Shown here piece after piece: positions 1 to 9,288 of a DNA stretch of 64,000 bases. The stretch spans positions 192,001 through 256,000 of the forward strand of contig JAVJQW010000023.1 in the NCBI GenBank assembly GCA_040218735.1, given 5' to 3'. Both the position numbers and the translations under genes were made by a program. How positions within the stretch are numbered: position 1 is the stretch's first letter; the number at the start of each line of letters is the position of its first letter. The stretch comes from Deltaproteobacteria bacterium. Lineage in GTDB: Bacteria; Myxococcota; Kuafuiibacteriia; Kuafuiibacteriales; Kuafuiibacteriaceae. Below the pieces are notes generated by a model that saw only the letters and a list, made by a program, of their open reading frames with translations, was not told the DNA's origin and did no database searches.

Positions 1-468
1 GAGGACGACGAGCCCGCCCGGTCCGAGGACGACCGGCATCTTCTCGGCGTCGAGCAGCCGGAGCGCACGACCGAGGTCCTTCTTCACGTCGTTCTCCGCG
101 AGCGCCTTCAACAGCTTCGGCACCTTCTCCCGCGCGCGCGTGAACGACAGCTGCGTCTGCCCGGGTCGCACGGCGAGGAACGGGACGCGGAGGGTGCTGC
201 CCGGCTTCGCCTGGTGCAGGCGTTTGGCGAGCGCGTCGAGATCCACGAGGCCGGACTCGCCGGACGCGACGAGGGTGACGAGCTCGGGCGTGGTCATCGC
301 GCCGAGGCGTGCGGTGAGCGCAGCGATCGACGGGTCGCCGCCGACGTCGGTGAGCGCGAGCGGCGGCGCGTCAGGCGCGAGGCGCGGCGCGGCGAGCGGC
401 GCACGGCCCTGGATCCCGGCGGGTACGGGGATCGCCCCGCGCACCGGTCTGTCGAGGCTCGCCCGCAC
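1..468 (-). CDS. Putative ParB-like nuclease-domain protein (partial, runs off window start)
   Basis: Manually translated open frame, not in the ORF track, from a possible GTG at 468: ...LAVRPGQTQLSFTRAREK...KMPVVLGPGGLVVL. This resembles the N-terminal motifs of ParB-like (ParBc_2-type) domains; the expected DxHH motif would lie just outside the window. Confidence 0.45.
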   Translation of the reverse strand, partial: MRASLDRPVRGAIPVPAGIQGRAPLAAPRLAPDAPPLALTDVGGDPSIAALTARLGAMTTPELVTLVASGESGLVDLDALAKRLHQAKPGSTLRVPFLAVRPGQTQLSFTRAREKVPKLLKALAENDVKKDLGRALRLLDAEKMPVVLGPGGLVVL

Positions 469-515
469 GGTAGGACGTCATCGGCGATCGGGTGCCGCGC
501 GTCCGTGACGTGGAG

Positions 516-536
516 GTGACAGCGGGACATTGTCAC
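516..536. promoter_or_regulatory. Palindromic operator/enhancer GTGACA-N9-TGTCAC
   Basis: Perfect 6-bp inverted repeat about 80 bp upstream of a sigma54-like promoter; the same motif and spacing recur at 9231-9251. Confidence 0.5.
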
Positions 537-618
537 ATTGCCCCACCCGCGCATTCGGGAGAGACCCGACCGAGACGACCTGCCTCAGCTTGGAGCCCTC
601 GCCGCGCGGCGCGAGCGC

Positions 619-634
619 TGGCACGCGCCCTGCG
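619..634 (+). promoter_or_regulatory. sigma54 (-24/-12) promoter of the OmpA-family gene
   Basis: TGGCACGCGCCCTGCG matches TGGCACG-N4-TTGC with correct GG/GC spacing, followed by RBS GGAGG and ATG at 647. Confidence 0.55.
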
Positions 635-646
635 TAACGCGGAGGC

Positions 647-1261
647 ATGAACACGAAACACATCCTCCTGTCCCTGTGCGTCCCGGCGACGATGATCGCC
701 TGCTCCAGCAGCGCGACCCGCTCCGGCCCGAGCGCCACGCCGGTCCCGACCGAGCGCGCGGGCGACGGCCCCTCGCCGGTCGCCGACGGCTCGGGGACCC
801 ACGTGGGCGTCAAGAGCAACCGAACCGGCGACGCGGACGGCATCGAGAAGTGGACCAACATCAACTACTCCAAGAAGACGCCGATGACGGCGAGCCTCGT
901 GCGCGTCGACGCCGAGACCGCGAAGGCGTGCAACCTCGGCGAGCAGGAGATCTACTTCGCGTACGACTCCGCAAACGTCGAAGGGTTCGCCGCGGACAAA
1001 CTCTCCGCGATCGCGGACTGCCTGAAGAAAGACGACGGCATGATCGAGGTCATCGGCTACACCGACCCGCGCGGCAGTGACACGTACAACGAGGAGCTCG
1101 GCATGAGCCGCGCGCAGAGCGTCGCGAACGTCCTCGAGGCGAACGGCGTCCCTTCGAAGCGCCTCACGACGGACAGCAAGGGTGAGTCGGGCACGCTCGA
1201 GAACCCGGCCGGCTGGCCGATCGCTCGTCGCGTCGAGATCCGCGCGAACGGCGAAGCGTGA
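647..1261 (+). CDS. OmpA-family peptidoglycan-binding lipoprotein
   Basis: Lipobox (MIAC); OmpA C-terminal motifs IYFAYDS, IEVIGYTDPRGSDTYNEELGMSRAQSV and RRVEI. Confidence 0.9.
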   Translation: MNTKHILLSLCVPATMIACSSSATRSGPSATPVPTERAGDGPSPVADGSGTHVGVKSNRTGDADGIEKWTNINYSKKTPMTASLVRVDAETAKACNLGEQEIYFAYDSANVEGFAADKLSAIADCLKKDDGMIEVIGYTDPRGSDTYNEELGMSRAQSVANVLEANGVPSKRLTTDSKGESGTLENPAGWPIARRVEIRANGEA

Positions 1262-1486
1262 TCACCGCGCGACGACGCTCACGATCTGATTTGTGTCTGC
1301 GCGCCAGGCCACGTTGACGGTTCGTTTCTCGTCGACCGCGTTCGCGACGCGGTCGACGAGCTCGATCGCGCCCGCGTCGATCCACAGCACGAGCGGCTCG
1401 CGACCGAACCGAACCTCGACGCGCCCGGCGTCGACGTCGGCGCGCATGCCGACGGCGCGGTCCTCGAAGTAGGACAGGTCGCTCAT
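1262..1486 (-). CDS. Small (74 aa) hypothetical protein, translationally coupled to the upstream glutaminase-domain gene
   Basis: ATG at 1486 overlaps the TGA of the upstream gene (ATGA); protein MSDLSYFEDRAVG...QIVSVVAR. Confidence 0.6.
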   Translation of the reverse strand: MSDLSYFEDRAVGMRADVDAGRVEVRFGREPLVLWIDAGAIELVDRVANAVDEKRTVNVAWRADTNQIVSVVAR

Positions 1487-3570
1487 AACGATCGCTTCCC
1501 CGTCGCCAGGTCGGCGAGCGCCGCCAGCCCGATCCAACTCTCCGCGACGCTGTCCGCGTACGTCGAGTCGGACATCGCGAGCTCGTAACGGCGCGCCGGC
1601 TCCAGGAAGAACGTCGCGTACTGGTTGCGGTGGGAGAGGAACTGGTGCCCCCACTCCTCGAGGGTCATCGACGCGTCGGAGAACGTCGGGTCGACGATGC
1701 GGATCTGCACCTCGTCGCCCTCGCGCACGAACGCGACGGAAGCGACGTGGTACGTCCAGCTCTCCTCACTCCCCTTGGGCGTGAGGTACTCGCTGCCCAT
1801 CAGCATCCCCTCTTGCGGATACACGAACATCTTCGCCGTCGCGACACCTTGCTCCCGCAACCGCTCGCAGATGTTCTGCGCGCGCGCGTAACACCCGGTC
1901 TTCAGATACGACCGGTGCAGCCGGCGATCGGCGTGCGCCGCCTTCGCGACGGCGTCGACCTCCGCGCGGGTCGCGATGCGCCCGTTCGGCTCCGTGGAGA
2001 TCTCCTCGGCGCACCGCGTGAAGAGCAGGAGCCCGGGCACGATCGACTTCCCCGCCAACGGTGGCTCGCGATAGGCGCGGTCGATCGCTGCGAGCGAACC
2101 CTCGACGACCCACTTCGCCTCCTCATTCGATGAGAAGGGTGGTTCGAAGCTCTTCGGCGCCCCCGGCGCGGCGGGCAGCTCCGCGAGGCTCGCCGCGATG
2201 TTGTTCAGTCCAGCGATCATCGCCTGCGATCGACGCCGCAGCTCGGCGCGCGTGATCTTCGGGTGCGTCGGCTCCTCTTGGTGCCACAGCGCACCGCTGA
2301 GCTGCCGAGCGTCGGCGAGCACACGTCCGGTCTGCGCGTACAGGTCGTCGCGCGCCGCGTCGGGCGGTGCGTGGAGTTGGGCTTCGATCGTCTGGGTGAA
2401 CTGTTGATTCGTCGCCTCGAACACCGCGCCGATCTGCGCCTGGACGGCGCGGACCTCGCTGACCGATGCGGAACGATCGTCGTGTGCGAAGAGCGCGAGC
2501 GGCGACGTGTGAACACCGTCGCCGAGCAGCGCCTGACGGTTGTGTTCGAGGAGCACCTCGACGCCGACGTTCATCGTCGCGCCGTCGTCGTGCCGCATCA
2601 GCACTCCGCCGTCCGCGGGGTGGCCTTCGACGCGCCAGCCCCCCTCGACGATCCCGTCGTCGGGGTTCGGCGCGTACAGCTCGACCCCCACCGGGATCAG
2701 CGCGGGGTTCGCGGCGAGCAGCACCTCGGTCGTCGCCGAGCGCACGCTGTCGCCCTTCGCGAGGAGCACCACCCCGCTGCGTTCGACGAAGCCCTCGATG
2801 CGATGACCGGGCACGCCGCCGTGCGCGACGCTCTGCCCGGCGGAGAAGATCTGGGAGGCGATGCTCTCGGCGAGCGGCGGTGCGCGCAGATCGAGTGGGG
2901 TCTGCGTCTCGATGACGTGGGCCTTCAGCGGCTCCGTCATCAGCTCGCCGTTGTAGTGCGCGAGGAGACCGGCTTCGTCGTCCCGCAACGAGCCGTCGTG
3001 CATTCGAACGCGCACCTGACCATCCGGGGTCAGCGCATGAATCGTGCCCTCCCCCGCGCCCGTCCGGACCCGCGCGCCGAACCGGAAGAACTGCGCGTAG
3101 TGCGAAGGCGGCGATGGCACGTGCGTTTTGACGGTCTCCCCGAGTACGGATCCGTCGAGGATCGCGAGGAGGTTCGCGACGGACGGCGCGCCCGACACCG
3201 CGGGGTGTTTCGCGAACCGCGCGAGCTCGGGGTGCGGCGGCCGAGTGACGAGCGCCTCGCGGAGCGCTTGGCGCTGCCCGTTCGTGAGCGTCGCGAGCTG
3301 GCGCTCGATCGTGTCGCGCTCGAGCGGACGAAGCCCGGGGCGCCCGCCGCGGAACGCTTCGATGCGTGGGCCGTAGCCGTGCGCGTCGACGAACGCGTGC
3401 ACGAGCGCGGGGAGCCCCCGCATCGCGGCGCGGGCGCGCACGTGATCGTCACCGGTGGAGGGCGGCGCGTCCGGCGCGGCCGACACCGGTTTGGACTTCG
3501 CGACGGACGGCTCGGGAGGCGGTGGAACCGATCGCACCTTCGGCGCGCCCCACGGTTTCCACCACGGCAT
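1483..3570 (-). CDS. Multidomain protein with C-terminal protein-glutaminase (Gln deamidase, papain-like) domain
   Basis: Motifs GCYARAQ (Cys), AKMFV, WTYHVA (His) and IVDP (Asp) match the protein-glutaminase catalytic triad pattern. Confidence 0.75.
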   Translation of the reverse strand: MPWWKPWGAPKVRSVPPPPEPSVAKSKPVSAAPDAPPSTGDDHVRARAAMRGLPALVHAFVDAHGYGPRIEAFRGGRPGLRPLERDTIERQLATLTNGQRQALREALVTRPPHPELARFAKHPAVSGAPSVANLLAILDGSVLGETVKTHVPSPPSHYAQFFRFGARVRTGAGEGTIHALTPDGQVRVRMHDGSLRDDEAGLLAHYNGELMTEPLKAHVIETQTPLDLRAPPLAESIASQIFSAGQSVAHGGVPGHRIEGFVERSGVVLLAKGDSVRSATTEVLLAANPALIPVGVELYAPNPDDGIVEGGWRVEGHPADGGVLMRHDDGATMNVGVEVLLEHNRQALLGDGVHTSPLALFAHDDRSASVSEVRAVQAQIGAVFEATNQQFTQTIEAQLHAPPDAARDDLYAQTGRVLADARQLSGALWHQEEPTHPKITRAELRRRSQAMIAGLNNIAASLAELPAAPGAPKSFEPPFSSNEEAKWVVEGSLAAIDRAYREPPLAGKSIVPGLLLFTRCAEEISTEPNGRIATRAEVDAVAKAAHADRRLHRSYLKTGCYARAQNICERLREQGVATAKMFVYPQEGMLMGSEYLTPKGSEESWTYHVASVAFVREGDEVQIRIVDPTFSDASMTLEEWGHQFLSHRNQYATFFLEPARRYELAMSDSTYADSVAESWIGLAALADLATGKRSL

Positions 3571-3620
3571 CTCGTTGGAGTGTGCCTATCGGCGCCGATG
3601 TGACACCTCCTGAAGCGCCG

Positions 3621-3661
3621 GGGAACCGAACGGTTCCCGCGCGGGGAACCCGACGGTTCCC
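3621..3661. promoter_or_regulatory. Tandem palindromes GGGAACC-N4-GGTTCCC (likely activator binding sites)
   Basis: Two copies at 3621-3638 and 3644-3661 (23-bp period), just upstream of a sigma54 promoter. Confidence 0.6.
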
Positions 3662-3690
3662 TGCGGCCCCGCGAGGCGTGTCGAGCCCCG

Positions 3691-3706
3691 TGGCACACCG
3701 GTTGCT
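3691..3706 (+). promoter_or_regulatory. sigma54 promoter
   Basis: TGGCACACCGGTTGCT is a near-perfect -24/-12 consensus, ending 14 bp before the ATG at 3720. Confidence 0.75.
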
Positions 3707-3719
3707 CTTCGGTCCGCGC

Positions 3720-4424
3720 ATGAACCCGAACCGACTCCTCTGCCTCGCCCCGATGTTGATCCTGACCGCCGCGTGCGGCGCCGAGCCCTCCCCCGTCGTG
3801 GTCGGCAACATCTCGACCCAGACCATGCGCCAAGCGCTGAGCGCCGCGTCCCACGACGACGACGAAGGCTTCGAAGGGGACGCCCGCTTCCAGCTCGACA
3901 TCGAGATCAACGGCGACCCACGCGCCGTCGCGCTCGACGTCGACGGCGCGTTCGCCGTCCAAGAGCTCCCGACCGGACAGCTTCACTTCGCGGTCGCGAT
4001 CGAAGGCATCCGCGGCACCCTCGAGCTCGACGACGTGCAGCCCGGCGAGGTGATCGAGATCGGCGTGAGCGCCGCGCCCGGCGCGCTCGAGCTTCGCGTG
4101 GTCCGACGTGACGCGCAGCTCGCACCCGAGGACGCCCCCGTCACGCAGACCGGCGACATCGAGATCCACGGCAAGGACATCGTGCATCACCTCCCGCACG
4201 GACGCATCGAAGGCGACATCATCATCCACGGCCACGACGTCACGGTGGTCGGCCCCGACTACTACGAATGCCGCGAAGGCGGACGCACCGTCGTCGACGG
4301 TCGCCTCATCGTGCACGGCAAGGACGTCCGGGTGATCAACGTCGAGTTCCTCCGCGGCACGCAGATCCACGGGCACGACGTGAAGGTGTACGAGCCCTGC
4401 CGCCGCCGCTACGGACGCGACTGA
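3720..4424 (+). CDS. Hypothetical lipoprotein with repeated IHGxDV beta-strand motifs
   Basis: MNPNRLLCLAPMLILTAAC lipobox; C-terminal repeats IHGKDI, IHGHDV, VHGKDV, IHGHDV suggest a beta-solenoid. Confidence 0.7.
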   Translation: MNPNRLLCLAPMLILTAACGAEPSPVVVGNISTQTMRQALSAASHDDDEGFEGDARFQLDIEINGDPRAVALDVDGAFAVQELPTGQLHFAVAIEGIRGTLELDDVQPGEVIEIGVSAAPGALELRVVRRDAQLAPEDAPVTQTGDIEIHGKDIVHHLPHGRIEGDIIIHGHDVTVVGPDYYECREGGRTVVDGRLIVHGKDVRVINVEFLRGTQIHGHDVKVYEPCRRRYGRD

Positions 4425-4449
4425 TCGGACGCGAGAGAGGAGCCACGCC

Positions 4450-5139
4450 GTGAAACGCATCGCCATCGTCGCCACGCTGCTCGCCGTCACCGGCGAAGCC
4501 GCCGCCCAGGAAGCCGTCGAGTACGGACCGCCCGCGCCCAAGCCGCGGACGCAGCGCAGCTGGGACGTCCTCGCCGGCGGCGTGCAGCGCGGTGACCTCG
4601 CGCACGCGACGTTCGGGTTCTCTCGCCTGCAGCTCGCTTACCACCGGGCCCTCACGGAGGACCTGACGGTCGGCGGCTCGGTCGCGTTCGACTACGCACA
4701 CTGGGCGCCGGCCGACTCGTTCGGCTCCGCGTTCACCGTCGGCGCCCCGGTGCGCTGGTCGGCGTATCAGCGCGATCGCCTGAGCATCGGCCTGTACGGC
4801 GAGCCCGCGCTCTACCTCGGCTTCTCGCAGCCGCGCTTCTCGCAGTTCATCGCCGGGCTCGGACTCCACGTCGGTGGCAACGCGGGTTGGCGCCTCTACG
4901 AGTGGCTACAGGTCGGCGCCGGGCTCGACGTCCCGCTGCTCTTCGGTCTGCCGACGAACGGCCGCGACGCATTCGTCGCGATGCCCGTGCTCATCGGCCC
5001 CACCGCCGAGCTCTACCTCGGCGACGACTGGGCGCTCACGGGCGAAGCGAAGATCGGCCCGCACGTGGTGAGCGACGACTTCTTCGGGACACGCTTCGGC
5101 CTGCGCCTCGTCGCGGGGATCGCGCGACGGTTCCCTTGA
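4450..5139 (+). CDS. Secreted, probable outer-membrane beta-barrel protein
   Basis: Signal peptide, alternating amphipathic strands rich in Gly and aromatic residues, C-terminal RF. Confidence 0.6.
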   Translation: MKRIAIVATLLAVTGEAAAQEAVEYGPPAPKPRTQRSWDVLAGGVQRGDLAHATFGFSRLQLAYHRALTEDLTVGGSVAFDYAHWAPADSFGSAFTVGAPVRWSAYQRDRLSIGLYGEPALYLGFSQPRFSQFIAGLGLHVGGNAGWRLYEWLQVGAGLDVPLLFGLPTNGRDAFVAMPVLIGPTAELYLGDDWALTGEAKIGPHVVSDDFFGTRFGLRLVAGIARRFP

Positions 5140-5151
5140 GCTCACGAGGCC

Positions 5152-6066
5152 TCACGGCAGGCAGATGTCGAATTGTGTCGACGCCGATTCGGGCGCGTAG
5201 CCGACGCCCTCCGCGACGATGACGTTTTCGATGGGCTGCCCCGTCCAGCGGAGCCCCTCGAAGGTCCCGACCGTGCACCGACCGCACGCTTCGGCCGACA
5301 CGGAGAGCGTGAGCACCGGCGTCGGCGCCGCGCTCGCGGCGAGGATGATCGGCTCGTGGAACGAGAGCTTCACGACGCTGATCGCCCCGTCCGCCACCGG
5401 CACCGAAGCGCTGTAACCCAGGTGACGAATCCCCGGCGGGTCGTCCCAGATCTCGGCGGCGATCGTGCCTTGGTTGGAGATCGCGTCGATCGTGCAGCCA
5501 TCCGCCGCGAAACCCACCGACCACCCCTGGATGTCCGTCGTGGGGTGCTCGATGGCGACCTGAATCGTCGCCCGCATCGTCCCCCGCTTCTGCGGCTCCA
5601 TCCACTTCCACGCGATCGGCGCGCAGGGTGCATTCTCCCAGTACTCGGAAACCGGATCACACGCACGGCTGTTGAAGCTTCCGCTCAACGGGTGCGCGCC
5701 CGTCGTCAGCCAGGACGTGATCGCGTGACTGTCGTCCGCCTCGACGCGCCCGTCACGATTGAAGTCCGCCGCGGGCTCACAGACCGGTGCGCGCCCCCCG
5801 CGATAGCGATGACTCTCGAGCGCGATCGCGTCGGCGACGTTGACGTGTCCGTCGCCGTTGATGTCACCGCGTTGAAGCTCTGCGTTGGGCGGAGCGCACG
5901 CTTGGGCGACCTCGATCGCGCCGGCGTCGCGCTCACCCGCCCCGCCGTCTCGTATCGAGCCGGCGTCGCGTTCTGCGCTCGGCGGCGAAGGTTCGTCGTC
6001 GGGGCAACCGGTCGTCGCGACAAAAACGATGATGGCGTAAGGTGCCAGTCGATGGGCGCGCATCAT
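5152..6066 (-). CDS. Lipoprotein with dockerin-like duplicated Ca-binding repeat and C-terminal beta-sandwich
   Basis: Lipobox (TTGC); GDINGDGHVNVADAI and ADFNRDGRVEADD repeats. Confidence 0.7.
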   Translation of the reverse strand: MMRAHRLAPYAIIVFVATTGCPDDEPSPPSAERDAGSIRDGGAGERDAGAIEVAQACAPPNAELQRGDINGDGHVNVADAIALESHRYRGGRAPVCEPAADFNRDGRVEADDSHAITSWLTTGAHPLSGSFNSRACDPVSEYWENAPCAPIAWKWMEPQKRGTMRATIQVAIEHPTTDIQGWSVGFAADGCTIDAISNQGTIAAEIWDDPPGIRHLGYSASVPVADGAISVVKLSFHEPIILAASAAPTPVLTLSVSAEACGRCTVGTFEGLRWTGQPIENVIVAEGVGYAPESASTQFDICLP

Positions 6067-6108
6067 CCTCGTCAAAAGGTCTACTCGACATTCCGGACCG
6101 TCGGCAAG

Positions 6109-7818
6109 GTGCTCCTCGTCGTGACTTGCTTCGGCTGTCAGCCGCAGCGCGCGCTGGAAGTATCACCGCCCGCCGCGCCACGAACCCAGACCGAACGACT
6201 CGCGCTCCGGCAGTTTGCGTCACCCAACATCGGCGGCCTGATGAGTTACGAAGTACATCGCGTCGAGCTGAAGTCACACCCAGATCGAGAATTCTTGAGA
6301 CAACCCATCCGTACACCGGGCAGGCGGGTGTGGAATCCGCCGTCGCCGGTGGGGGAGCTCACGTCGCCGATCGTCGGCGCACGTTTCGTTCAGGAAGGCG
6401 GCGAGGAGATTCAGGCGGCACTGGATGCGCTCCCTCCCGAGCGTCGCGCGCTCGGGCTCGCGGGCATCTCCGTCGAGCTGCTCCACTCCGGCGACGAAGC
6501 CACGCGGATCTGTCGGCCGGCGCACGTCGAATTCGAGCTGATGCACGGCGGCCAGATGTTCGAGGCCCGCTACGAAGCGAACTCCTACTTCCTGCACACG
6601 GAGCCGGTGGTGGAGCTCTACGCGCTGAGCTCGACCTGCACCGACGCGCTCCTCGCGACTTCGGGCGTGGTGGCTGACGCGATCGACAACGGCTGCGCCC
6701 ACGCGGACCAGGCGGCCCACTTCGCGGTGGGGAGCCGGTGCCGCACGTGTCTGGAGATCGACGGCGACCACGGGCGCTGCGTCACCGAAGGTCAGTGCAG
6801 GACCGAGATGGCGCGCTCGGTGCTGGCGGACGTAGACGGCACTACGCAGTGGGTCGACGTCGTCCGCGCGCCGGTGCTGGCGTGCGCGCCGAGTTACATG
6901 GGTGAGCTGATCTACCTGACGCGTGACCTCGGCGACGACAACGAACCACCGGGGCCGTTCGACCACTCACTGATCGAGCAGCTGTGTTTCGAAGCGTGGG
7001 ACGACAGGACGAACGCATTGGAGATGTTCTGCGTGAATCAGCCGCCGCAGTTCATGGGGATCATCAACTTCGCGATCGCGGATCTGTTGATCGGACGCGT
7101 CGAGTATATTCGTCGGCCCGGCGCGACGAACGAGCCGTATCATCACCGCCTCTACCTCTCCGGTCCGATGGAGATCGACGGCATGACCTTCGTCGGAACG
7201 CCGCTGTACCCCGGAGCGCTCGCGGAGGTCTCCCAGACGCCGGGGTGGGGGTACGAGCCCTATGGGTTCCGGCCCGACGGCGAGAGTCGCGCGCGTGACT
7301 ATCTGGCGGTCATCGCGCTCAAGACGGCGACGACGATCGACGGCGTACCGATCGGAACCTACAACCACAACGTCTGCACCGACGCCGAGTGGAGGGGGCC
7401 CGACGCCATGGGCCGCTATCACTGCAAGCTCGACCCCGGCCCCGAGGGCCCGCCGGACCAAGAGGGTTGGGACTACGACTGGGCGGCGCAGCTCTACTCG
7501 GAGAACCCGTTCCGCCTCGACATCTTCCCGCTCGTCACCCTCGGCGCCACCGGCTACTACGACCCGAACATCCCCGGCGGCCACGTGCCGCACGTCCTCG
7601 GGACGTCGGTGCTCGCCAACCCGCTGTGGGACGATTGCGCGTGGCCGGAGCAGTTCGTCCCGGACGAGATTTCGAATCAGGACGGTGTTGGCTTCGACCC
7701 GTACACGTTCACGGGTCAGACGTACCGCTTCGGCAAGGACCCGAACCTCGACCTACGCGTCGTCCTGTCGACGAACTGGCGGCGTGGGTTCTGCTTCGAG
7801 AGCATCGACGGCTTGTAA
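6109..7818 (+). CDS. Large Cys-rich hypothetical (lipo)protein
   Basis: Coding-like 3' part of ORF 5173-7818; start uncertain (GTG 6109 or ATG 6052); hydrophobic stretch ending FGC; no family recognised. Confidence 0.6.
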   Translation: MLLVVTCFGCQPQRALEVSPPAAPRTQTERLALRQFASPNIGGLMSYEVHRVELKSHPDREFLRQPIRTPGRRVWNPPSPVGELTSPIVGARFVQEGGEEIQAALDALPPERRALGLAGISVELLHSGDEATRICRPAHVEFELMHGGQMFEARYEANSYFLHTEPVVELYALSSTCTDALLATSGVVADAIDNGCAHADQAAHFAVGSRCRTCLEIDGDHGRCVTEGQCRTEMARSVLADVDGTTQWVDVVRAPVLACAPSYMGELIYLTRDLGDDNEPPGPFDHSLIEQLCFEAWDDRTNALEMFCVNQPPQFMGIINFAIADLLIGRVEYIRRPGATNEPYHHRLYLSGPMEIDGMTFVGTPLYPGALAEVSQTPGWGYEPYGFRPDGESRARDYLAVIALKTATTIDGVPIGTYNHNVCTDAEWRGPDAMGRYHCKLDPGPEGPPDQEGWDYDWAAQLYSENPFRLDIFPLVTLGATGYYDPNIPGGHVPHVLGTSVLANPLWDDCAWPEQFVPDEISNQDGVGFDPYTFTGQTYRFGKDPNLDLRVVLSTNWRRGFCFESIDGL

Positions 7819-7820
7819 CT

Positions 7821-9158
7821 TCAGTACTGTTCCACGCGGTCCGCACGTACGCCGTAGGCCTGCGCCCGCGACTCCTGCGGGAACGGGAGCGCGTCGAGGT
7901 CCAGCCCGAGGCGCGGCGCGAAGTCCTTGATCTCCACGCGGCCGCCGTCGACGTTCGCGCCGAACAGGCGACGCACGTCGTTCATCACGGTCTTCTTCGC
8001 CTTGATCGCGTGCGGGTCGACGACGCCCGGTTCGACGAGCGCGATCGGGACCTTGGGATCGAAGCTGACGTTGTCGGCGAGGTCCCACGAGAAGTCGTCT
8101 TCGATGTCCTCCGCCGAATAGGTTCCGTGCGTCGCGGCGCGGTTGAACTTACCGACCACCGCCGCGGTGTCGGTGGACTTCACGCCGAACAACACGCCGT
8201 TGCCGAAGAACAGGTTCTTGCGGATCGCGATCTTCGGTCCGACGTTGTCGTCGTACCCAGGCATGATCGCGCCGCCGACGTTGTGCGCGAAGAGGTTCTC
8301 TTCGATGACGACCTCGGCCGCCGTGTACTTGTTGCCGATCTCCAACGCCGCGGGCTGCGCGGTCGAGGGGTCGGGGTTGTACGGCCAGTTCATGATGAAG
8401 CTATTGCCGTGCACGTGGTAGCGCTTCGGCATGTTGCGGCCGTTCGCCGACTTCACGATCCAAGCGAGGGTGTTGTTCATGATGAAGTTGTTGCGCACGA
8501 CGACCTCCGCCGACGGCGACGCCGCGCGAATCAGCGGCTCGACGCCGCGCTGCGCAGCGTTCATGAACACGTTGTCCGCGACGACGAGGCGCTCCGTCTC
8601 CAGGTAACCGAACTTCAGAATCGGGAAGGTGCAGCTCGCCCCCCGCAACAGTGAGTTCGTCTTCGCGTCGTACTTGTTACCCGGCGCCACGTCGAACACG
8701 AACCCCGACAGGTACAGCTCGGCCAACGCGTGGTTGCGACCTTCGAAGCTGAGGAGGGGCGCGCTCCGCCCTTCGTTCGCGAGCAACACCGACGGCTGTG
8801 AGAAGGGCGCGCGATGCGAGAACTTGTCGTCGTATCCACCCAGGATGCGCAACTTGGCCTGCGGATTCTTCACCTCCGGGAACGACCACTGCCCGGTGCG
8901 CCCCTTCCCTTCGTACGTGCCCGCAGCGACCTTGATCTGCACGACACAAGCGCCGCACGCCCCGAGGTGCTCCACGGCGCGGCCGAACGCCTTGTGCAGC
9001 TTCCGCTCCGCCAGCACGGAGGTACCGTCCGCCATCGACTTCGCGGCGTCGTACGCCGCCGACCCCTTCGGCGCCACGAGGACCGTGAGATCCTTCGCCA
9101 ACGCGCTCGACGACACGAGCACCGCCGCCACCCCAACCGTCCACTGATGAATACGCAT
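7821..9158 (-). CDS. Secreted right-handed beta-helix protein
   Basis: Signal peptide (MRIHQWTVGVAAVLVSSSALA), IKVAAGTY motif and Asn-ladder repeats (NVFMN, NNFIMN, NLFAHN, NLFFGN). Confidence 0.7.
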   Translation of the reverse strand: MRIHQWTVGVAAVLVSSSALAKDLTVLVAPKGSAAYDAAKSMADGTSVLAERKLHKAFGRAVEHLGACGACVVQIKVAAGTYEGKGRTGQWSFPEVKNPQAKLRILGGYDDKFSHRAPFSQPSVLLANEGRSAPLLSFEGRNHALAELYLSGFVFDVAPGNKYDAKTNSLLRGASCTFPILKFGYLETERLVVADNVFMNAAQRGVEPLIRAASPSAEVVVRNNFIMNNTLAWIVKSANGRNMPKRYHVHGNSFIMNWPYNPDPSTAQPAALEIGNKYTAAEVVIEENLFAHNVGGAIMPGYDDNVGPKIAIRKNLFFGNGVLFGVKSTDTAAVVGKFNRAATHGTYSAEDIEDDFSWDLADNVSFDPKVPIALVEPGVVDPHAIKAKKTVMNDVRRLFGANVDGGRVEIKDFAPRLGLDLDALPFPQESRAQAYGVRADRVEQY

Positions 9159-9230
9159 TCGTACCTCCACCTCATGGGCATCGGCAGAATGCGCGTGAGC
9201 TTCAGCGCGCGCGTCACGGTGACACGACTC

Positions 9231-9251
9231 GTGACACACGCCGCGTGTCAT
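9231..9251. promoter_or_regulatory. Palindrome GTGACA-N9-TGTCAT
   Basis: Same motif and spacing as 516-536; an extra GTGACAC half-site lies immediately upstream. Confidence 0.5.
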
Positions 9252-9288
9252 CGAGGCCGCGGACATCACCGACGGACAGCGCACGCGC

